A stretch of DNA of 32,000 nt, taken from NCBI RefSeq assembly GCF_000284115.1, contig NC_017080.1:2880001-2912000 (forward strand), read 5' to 3'. The stretch comes from Phycisphaera mikurensis NBRC 102666. Its GTDB lineage: Bacteria; Planctomycetota; Phycisphaerae; Phycisphaerales; Phycisphaeraceae. Shown here piece after piece: positions 18,546 to 32,000 of the stretch. The position numbers and the translations under genes were made by a program. Numbering within the stretch: the stretch's first letter is position 1; the number at the start of each line of letters is the position of its first letter. The notes under the pieces were generated by a model. It worked only from the letters and a program-made list of their open reading frames with translations. It did no database searches and was not told the origin of the DNA.

Positions 18546-19679
18546 TCAATCGGCGGCGGCGGCACGCCGCTGGGCGGTCCAACGGCTCTCCTCCAGCGCC
18601 CGCCGTTCCTTCGCGGGAACGATCCGCGTGACGCCCATGAGCTCGCTGCGGACGTAGACCGAAGCGGTGGCCGCGAAGACCTCCGCCGCGATGGAAGCCG
18701 CGGCGGGCGTCGTCCCGCACGCCACCAGCCCGTGCGGGCGGACGAGCAGCACCCGCGGGAGACCGTCGTTCTCCTCCACGTGCTCGGCGAGCGCGGCGGT
18801 CAACGCCTCCTCCGGGTCGCCACCGCCGTCGTCCTCGACGTGGCACGGGTAGCTGCCGCAGTGGACCACCTGGTCCGGCAGGATCGGTCCGCGGAGCGAG
18901 GCGTCCCGCACGCTCGGCCGCGAAAGCAGCGCGAGCACGCCGGCGGAGGCGTCCGTGGCGACCGGCTGGCCGTGGGTGGCGGCGGAGAACGCAGTGCCCC
19001 AGGCGCTAAGACGCTGCGGGTCCGCCGCCGGCATCTCCTCCGGCGACGCCACCTCCTGCTGCACCTGCTTCTCCGCGAGCGTCGCGAGCAGCCGCTCGAG
19101 GGCGACCCCCAGGCCGGCGGGCTCCTCGGCCTGCAGGTACACGCCGCCGTTGCTGACCAGGACCGCGGCGTCCACCGCCGGCCGCTTGCTCTTGGCGAGC
19201 ACCTTCGCCAGCGCCTTGGCGAGCACGACGCCCTCCTCGCAGCGCTCCAGCCAGAGCACCGGCACCTCGTGCTTCTTGAACCAGTCGCGGGTGAGGTACT
19301 GCCCCGAGCCGCAGCAGGTGATCGCGGCGAGGCTCTCGGGGTGGAGGTGCACGACCACCCGCCCCGGCAGCAGGTGGTGGATCAAGCTGTCGACGATCGG
19401 CGTCGCCTCGCCCCCCATGCGGGCGTTGAGCAGCATCGTGCCGAAGGCAGCGGCCCGGGGCTCGGCGTCCCGCGGGAAGCCGGTCTCCAGCAACGTGTCC
19501 AGCCGGGACCGGTCCAGCCCGACGAAGTCGTCGACGGTGAGCTCCGCGAGGCGAGCTCCGCTGCGTTTGACCCGCAGGACGCTCGCGTCCTTCATCGAGA
19601 CGTCGCCCAGGTCGGCGACGTCGTACGCCGCCCCCAGCCTGCGGGCGTTTTCGACGAGTTCGACGGGAACGGCGGCCAT
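18546..19679 (-). CDS. Class II aldolase/adducin-domain protein
   Basis: TPIVDSLIHHLLPGRVVVHLHPESLAAITCC; later VLLVRPHGLVACGTTPAAASIAAEVFAA. Confidence 0.75.
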   Translation of the reverse strand: MAAVPVELVENARRLGAAYDVADLGDVSMKDASVLRVKRSGARLAELTVDDFVGLDRSRLDTLLETGFPRDAEPRAAAFGTMLLNARMGGEATPIVDSLIHHLLPGRVVVHLHPESLAAITCCGSGQYLTRDWFKKHEVPVLWLERCEEGVVLAKALAKVLAKSKRPAVDAAVLVSNGGVYLQAEEPAGLGVALERLLATLAEKQVQQEVASPEEMPAADPQRLSAWGTAFSAATHGQPVATDASAGVLALLSRPSVRDASLRGPILPDQVVHCGSYPCHVEDDGGGDPEEALTAALAEHVEENDGLPRVLLVRPHGLVACGTTPAAASIAAEVFAATASVYVRSELMGVTRIVPAKERRALEESRWTAQRRAAAAD

Positions 19680-19755
19680 CGGCGGACTCTAGAGCATCGT
19701 GCGCCGCACACCCGGCGGCTCCGTCCGCACGGAACGGGCCCCGCGCACGCGAAAG

Positions 19756-19868
19756 CGGCCCGCGGAAATCCGCGGACCGTCCTCGTTTGGCTGCGCTTTG
19801 GGCCGCGGTCCGCGGCTCGGGGAGACGCGAGACGTCCGCCCGATCCCGCGGCGGACGACCCGCCGCGG
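19756..19868 (-). terminator. Cluster of three GC-rich hairpins downstream of rpoC
   Basis: 19846-19868 CCGCGGCGG-ACGAC-CCGCCGCGG; 19802-19816 GCCGCGG-T-CCGCGGC; 19756-19779 ten-bp stem (one G-U on minus-strand RNA) with AUUU loop. First hairpin is ~20 nt past the rpoC stop. Confidence 0.5.
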
Positions 19869-19888
19869 AACGGATCAGGAGGTCCCGG

Positions 19889-24397
<4,509 letters not shown>

Positions 24398-24403
24398 AGG
24401 AAT

Positions 24404-24416
24404 CTCCCTTCGGGAG
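24404..24416 (-). promoter_or_regulatory. rpoC Shine-Dalgarno embedded in a small hairpin
   Basis: Minus strand CTCCC-GAA-GGGAG-ATTCCT-ATG; the GGGAG SD is the 3' arm of a perfect 5-bp stem. Confidence 0.4.
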
Positions 24417-24514
24417 GGTTTGAGCTGGGTTGGGGGCCTGCGGGTTGCCGCGGACCGTGTGCCGTTGGGCGGTTCAGGAGCCACGGTCCGCGGGTGGGGA
24501 GGTGGCGGTGGCAT

Positions 24515-24541
24515 GACTCGCCCCGCGGAGCGGGGCGAGTC
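24515..24541 (-). terminator. Intercistronic hairpin just downstream of the rpoB stop
   Basis: Plus strand GACTCGCCCCGC-GGA-GCGGGGCGAGTC; perfect 12-bp stem, 3-nt loop, 8 nt beyond the rpoB stop (24550-24552). Could be a terminator, attenuator or processing/stability element. Confidence 0.45.
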
Positions 24542-24549
24542 CAAAGGAC

Positions 24550-28365
<3,816 letters not shown>

Positions 28366-28826
28366 CGAGATCTCGGGGAGGTCCGGGGTGCGGGGAAGCT
28401 TCGGGGTCTGGGTTTGGGCGGGGCGGGCGGTGGAGCCGCCGCACGCTCCGGCGGGGGAGCGGGCGGGGTCGGGGCAGCCGGGCGGAGCGTTCTTAGACGG
28501 CTTGGGGTTGCCGTCGGTTCGGGCGATCGGGCGTGCGGGCCGACGCGGAGCCGGTCCCGCGTTGCGGACGCCACCCGCGGCCGGCCGATGCCGGAGCGTC
28601 GCAGCGGCCAACCGGAACCGGCGTCGCGGGCGCAAGGGGCGCAGGCACGACGGCGGCGCAGCAGAAAACCGCGTCATCCGCGGCGGTACGCTCTTCCGGC
28701 CTGTCGTGGTGCGACATACCCAATCAAAGCCCCTTCAACGAGTTACGGTCGACTTCGGGCGAGGAAATCCACCGTGCGACAGCCTGGCAACGCCTTTCTT
28801 CCGGGCACCCCGACCCCGAACGCGGC

Positions 28827-28855
28827 AATATAGGCAAGTGGCACGGACATTGCAA
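28827..28855 (-). promoter_or_regulatory. Sigma70-like promoter candidate for rpoBC
   Basis: Minus strand TTGCAA (28855-28850) - 17 nt - TATATT (28832-28827), in a locally less GC-rich patch ~460 nt upstream of the rpoB ATG. Confidence 0.6.
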
Positions 28856-28995
28856 GTGCGGCTCCGAGCCGTCGATCGTCCGCCGCGGATCGGGGCTGCC
28901 AGCGCCCTCTTTCGGCGACGGTCCGCGGATCCGCCGGCGGCCGCATGGCCGCACGCCGCCGCGGCCACCTGTGCGCGGCCCAGCCACGGGGGAGC

Positions 28996-31482
28996 TCAGT
29001 ACATGGAGACCGGATCGACGTCGACGGCCATGGCGGCGTTGCTGGTGAGGTGCCCGGCGGAGCGGACGGCGGCGAGCAGCTTCTGGATGGCTCCCGCGTC
29101 GGCGCCGGTCATCCGCAGGTCGAAGCGGAAGTGGTCGGCAACCCGCTCGATCGCGCACGGGGCCGGCGGCGTCACGGCGACGCCGGTGCCAAGCGCCGCA
29201 TCCGCGGCGACGAGCTCGGCGTGGACGGCCCCGATCGCCGCCTCGGCCTTCCTGCGGTTGAGGTCTCGGCAGACGACCCGGGCCATCCGTGTGAATGGCG
29301 GGAGGCCCGCCTCCTCGCGGATTCCCAGCTCCCGCTCCGCGAAGCCGGCGTAGTCGTGCCGGGTCGCGCTCGCGATCGTCGCGTCCTCGGGCACGAGCGT
29401 CTGCACGATGACGGTGCCGGGGTCGCGCCCGCGGCCGGCGCGGCCGGCCACCTGGGCGATCAGCTGGAAGGTCCGCTCGGCCGCGCGGAAGTCCGGCAGG
29501 TTCAGCGCGGTGTCGGCGGAGACGACGCCCACGAGCCGGACGTTCGCGACATCAAGGCCCTTGGCGATCATCTGCGTGCCCAGCAGCACCTCGGTCTCGC
29601 CGGAGACGAAGCCCGCGAGGGCGCGCTGGTAGTCGGCCGCCGACCGCATGGCGTCGGCGTCCATCCGCGTCACCGACGCGGCTCCGGCGGCGGAGCCGCC
29701 GCCTGAAAGAAGCCCCGGGAACTTGCGGATCAGCTCCTCCTCGGTCCGCTGCGTCCCCATGCCGAAGACCGAGAGCTTGTGCCCCGAGTCCGGGCAGTGC
29801 GTCGGCAGCCGCCGCTCCGCCCCGCAGTGGTGGCAGCGGACGTTCCCCTTGGGCAGGCGGAAGCCCGAGGCGGAGACCCGCTCGGTCCGCCCCGCCGGCA
29901 CGTGGTCGTGCCGGTGGTACACGCCCAACGCGTCGCAGTGGTCGCACGTCAGCAGCCACCCACAGCCCGCGTCCGGGCACGCGATGTAGTTGGCGTAGCC
30001 GCGGCGGTTGAGCAGCAGCACCACCTGGCCCCCGCCGTCGAGCGTCTCCGCGATCGCCGCCTCCAGCCGCCGCGACAGGAGGTGCACCCCCTTCCGTTCC
30101 CGCCGCTCCCGGGCGAGATCGACGACCTCCACCCTCGGCAGCTTCGCCCCCGCCACCCGATCCGGCAGCGACAGCAGGCTCCACCCTGCCTGACTTCCGC
30201 TCTTCTTTGCTTCTTCGCTTCTTCGTTTGCCGGGCAAAGCCCGGGCGTAACTCTCCAGCGCCGGCGTCGCCGACCCCAGCACCACCGGGCACCCCCGCCC
30301 CCCCGCCGCCATCGCCGCCCGCTTGATCGCGACGTCCCGGCCGTGGTACCGCGGCAGCTGGTCCTGCTTGTAGCCGGTGTCGTGCTCCTCGTCGACGATC
30401 ACCAGGTCCAGCCGCGGCAGCGGCGCGAAGACCGCGGAGCGGGCGCCGATGACGATCCGCGACGTTCCCTCGCTCACCCGCCGCCAGTGCGCGTGCCGCT
30501 GCCCGGGCGTGAGCCCCGAGTGCAGCACGGCGACACCGGCCGCGCCCGGACCGGACGAGCCGCCGAAGCGTGCCGCGAACCGCCCGACCGTCTGCGGCGT
30601 GAGCGCGATCTCCGGCACCAGCACCAGCACGCACGCCTGGGGCTCGAGCTCGCGCAGCTTCGCGATCGCCTGCAGGTAGACCTCGGTCTTCCCCGAGCCG
30701 GTCACGCCGTGCAGGAGGTCGACGTGGAAGCTTCCAAAGCGCGAGACGATCGCGTTGACCGCGTCCCGCTGCGCCGGCTCCAGCCGCTGCGCAGCGTCCG
30801 CCTCCGGCGGGGCGACCGCGTCGAGGTTGCCGGTGACGACCTCCTCGCTCCGCTCCTCAAGCCGCCCCGCCTCCAGCAACTTCTGCAGCGGCCCCGCCGT
30901 CTTCGCCCCCGCCCGCTCCAGCAACTCCTTCCGCTCCACCCAGCCAGCGCCCGCGGACTCGAGGATCGCTCGCTGCAGCTTCGTCGTCTTCTGCTGACTT
31001 CCCCGCTTCTCCGCTTCTCCGCTTCCCCGCTTGCCCTCCGCCGCTCGGTACGAGCGGCGGACGCTCACCCCCGTCCCGTGCTTCACGCTCGCCGGCAGCA
31101 TCGTCGCCAGCGTCATCCCGATCGGGCACGCGTAGTACCGGCTCATCCAGCCGGCCAGCCCGACGAGGTCGGCCGGCAGCTTCACCGCCAGCCCCAGCCG
31201 GCCGCGGACCGGCTTGATCTTCGCCGCCTCCACGCCCGCCGGCGGATCGTCCGACACCGCGACCACGAAGCCCTGGACGGGCTTGTCCCCCCGCCCCAGC
31301 GGCACCGTCACCCGATCGCCCACGCCGAGGTCGCCAAGCGAGGGAACCCCCTCCGGCACCGCGTAGGTGAAGCCGCGCGGCTCCGCGTCCACGCCCCGCT
31401 CCACCGCGACCTGCACGTAGAAGGCCGCATCGAGCCGGGGAGCGGGCGGCGTCGCGTCTTCACCGAAGAGTCCCGCGGGCAT
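28996..31482 (-). CDS. priA: Primosomal protein N' (replication restart helicase)
   Basis: LLHGVTGSGKTEVYLQAI, ALTPQTV, VIGARSAVFAPLPRLDLVIVDEEHDTGYKQDQLPRYHGRDVAIKRA, VVLGSATPALESY, LLLNRRGYANYIAC, VLLGTQMIAKGLDVANVRLVGVVSADTALNLPDFRAAERTFQLIAQVAGRAGRG. ATG at 31482 preferred to the upstream TTG at 31488. Confidence 0.93.
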   Translation of the reverse strand: MPAGLFGEDATPPAPRLDAAFYVQVAVERGVDAEPRGFTYAVPEGVPSLGDLGVGDRVTVPLGRGDKPVQGFVVAVSDDPPAGVEAAKIKPVRGRLGLAVKLPADLVGLAGWMSRYYACPIGMTLATMLPASVKHGTGVSVRRSYRAAEGKRGSGEAEKRGSQQKTTKLQRAILESAGAGWVERKELLERAGAKTAGPLQKLLEAGRLEERSEEVVTGNLDAVAPPEADAAQRLEPAQRDAVNAIVSRFGSFHVDLLHGVTGSGKTEVYLQAIAKLRELEPQACVLVLVPEIALTPQTVGRFAARFGGSSGPGAAGVAVLHSGLTPGQRHAHWRRVSEGTSRIVIGARSAVFAPLPRLDLVIVDEEHDTGYKQDQLPRYHGRDVAIKRAAMAAGGRGCPVVLGSATPALESYARALPGKRRSEEAKKSGSQAGWSLLSLPDRVAGAKLPRVEVVDLARERRERKGVHLLSRRLEAAIAETLDGGGQVVLLLNRRGYANYIACPDAGCGWLLTCDHCDALGVYHRHDHVPAGRTERVSASGFRLPKGNVRCHHCGAERRLPTHCPDSGHKLSVFGMGTQRTEEELIRKFPGLLSGGGSAAGAASVTRMDADAMRSAADYQRALAGFVSGETEVLLGTQMIAKGLDVANVRLVGVVSADTALNLPDFRAAERTFQLIAQVAGRAGRGRDPGTVIVQTLVPEDATIASATRHDYAGFAERELGIREEAGLPPFTRMARVVCRDLNRRKAEAAIGAVHAELVAADAALGTGVAVTPPAPCAIERVADHFRFDLRMTGADAGAIQKLLAAVRSAGHLTSNAAMAVDVDPVSMY

Positions 31483-31512
31483 GGCCAAACGTAGCCGCGG
31501 ACCGCAGCCGCT

Positions 31513-31543
31513 CCGCCGCGGAAGCCCCCGCGATCCGCGGCGG
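31513..31543 (-). terminator. Candidate hairpin downstream of the Old Yellow Enzyme gene
   Basis: CCGCCGCGG-13 nt-CCGCGGCGG, 9-bp perfect stem ~30 nt beyond the stop at 31573. Confidence 0.35.
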
Positions 31544-31572
31544 CGCAGGCGGCTGGCGGGTCGCCGGCCGGT

Positions 31573-32000
31573 TCAGCCGCTCAGCGTCGGGTAGTCGGTG
31601 TAGCCGTGTGCGTCGCCGCCGTAGAAGGCGTCGGTGATCGGCTCGTTGTAGGGGCCGCCCCGCTCCAGCCGCTCGGGCAGGTCGGGGTTGGCGAGGTACA
31701 GGCGGCCGAAGGCGATGAGGTCGGCGTCGCCGGCGTCGAGCTTCTCGATCGCCCGCTCGCGGTCGTAGTCGCCGCAGGCGATCAAGGTGTTGCCGAAGTG
31801 CGGGCGGAGCTTCGCCGCCTCGAACTCGCCGGCGCCGTGGCGGAAGTCGCCGGCGCTGGGCTCGTTCACGTGGAGGTAGACCAGGCCGATGCGGTCCATC
31901 TCCCCCGCCAGGTGGGAGAAGGTCTCCTCGGGGTCGTGGTCGTGCATGTCGCCGAAGGTGCCGGTGGGCGAGACGCGGATGCCGACGCGGTCGGCGCCCC
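31573..32000 (-). CDS. Old Yellow Enzyme family alkene reductase / NADH:flavin oxidoreductase, C-terminal part (5' end outside window)
   Basis: LAGEMDRIGLVYLHVNEPSAG, RPHFGNTLIACGDYDRERAIEKLDAGDADLIAFGRLYLANPDLPERLERGGPYNEP, GYTDYPTL. Confidence 0.9.
   Translation of the reverse strand, partial: GADRVGIRVSPTGTFGDMHDHDPEETFSHLAGEMDRIGLVYLHVNEPSAGDFRHGAGEFEAAKLRPHFGNTLIACGDYDRERAIEKLDAGDADLIAFGRLYLANPDLPERLERGGPYNEPITDAFYGGDAHGYTDYPTLSG

Noticed and set aside
28493-28723. Small ORF in the rpoB leader (76 aa, minus strand) as a leader peptide
   Set aside because: No Shine-Dalgarno, no homology visible and composition explained by GC content. Similar overlapping ORFs exist on both strands.

Overview
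This 32 kb window has very high GC and carries mostly core and housekeeping genes. The gene content, style and a PEP-CTERM-like tail suggest Planctomycetota, probably Phycisphaerae (inference only). Left to right: the 3' end of dnaE (+); a non-coding array of five ~107-bp tandem repeats; a solute-binding protein (-); ispH plus two coupled small genes (+); a tail-anchored Ser/Thr kinase (-); cysNC and cysD (-); a REC/HD-GYP regulator and a hybrid histidine-kinase phosphorelay whose frame breaks between kinase and receivers (-); a PEP-CTERM-like glucose/sorbosone dehydrogenase, a DUF4149-like membrane protein and nth (+); a class II aldolase-like gene (-); rpoC and rpoB (-); priA (-); and the 3' part of an Old Yellow Enzyme gene (-). 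I found no defence system, CRISPR array, transposase, tRNA or rRNA, and no convincing new multi-gene system. The observations most worth following up are: the 107-bp array with two odd-length palindromes per unit; a 42-nt sequence inserted in frame twice in priA; loss of part of the second zinc site in RpoC; the frame break in the hybrid kinase; TAnnnT boxes 5-8 nt upstream of six start codons (candidate leaderless promoters); and perfect GC hairpins without U-tracts next to stop codons. All coordinates were counted by hand from the sequence.
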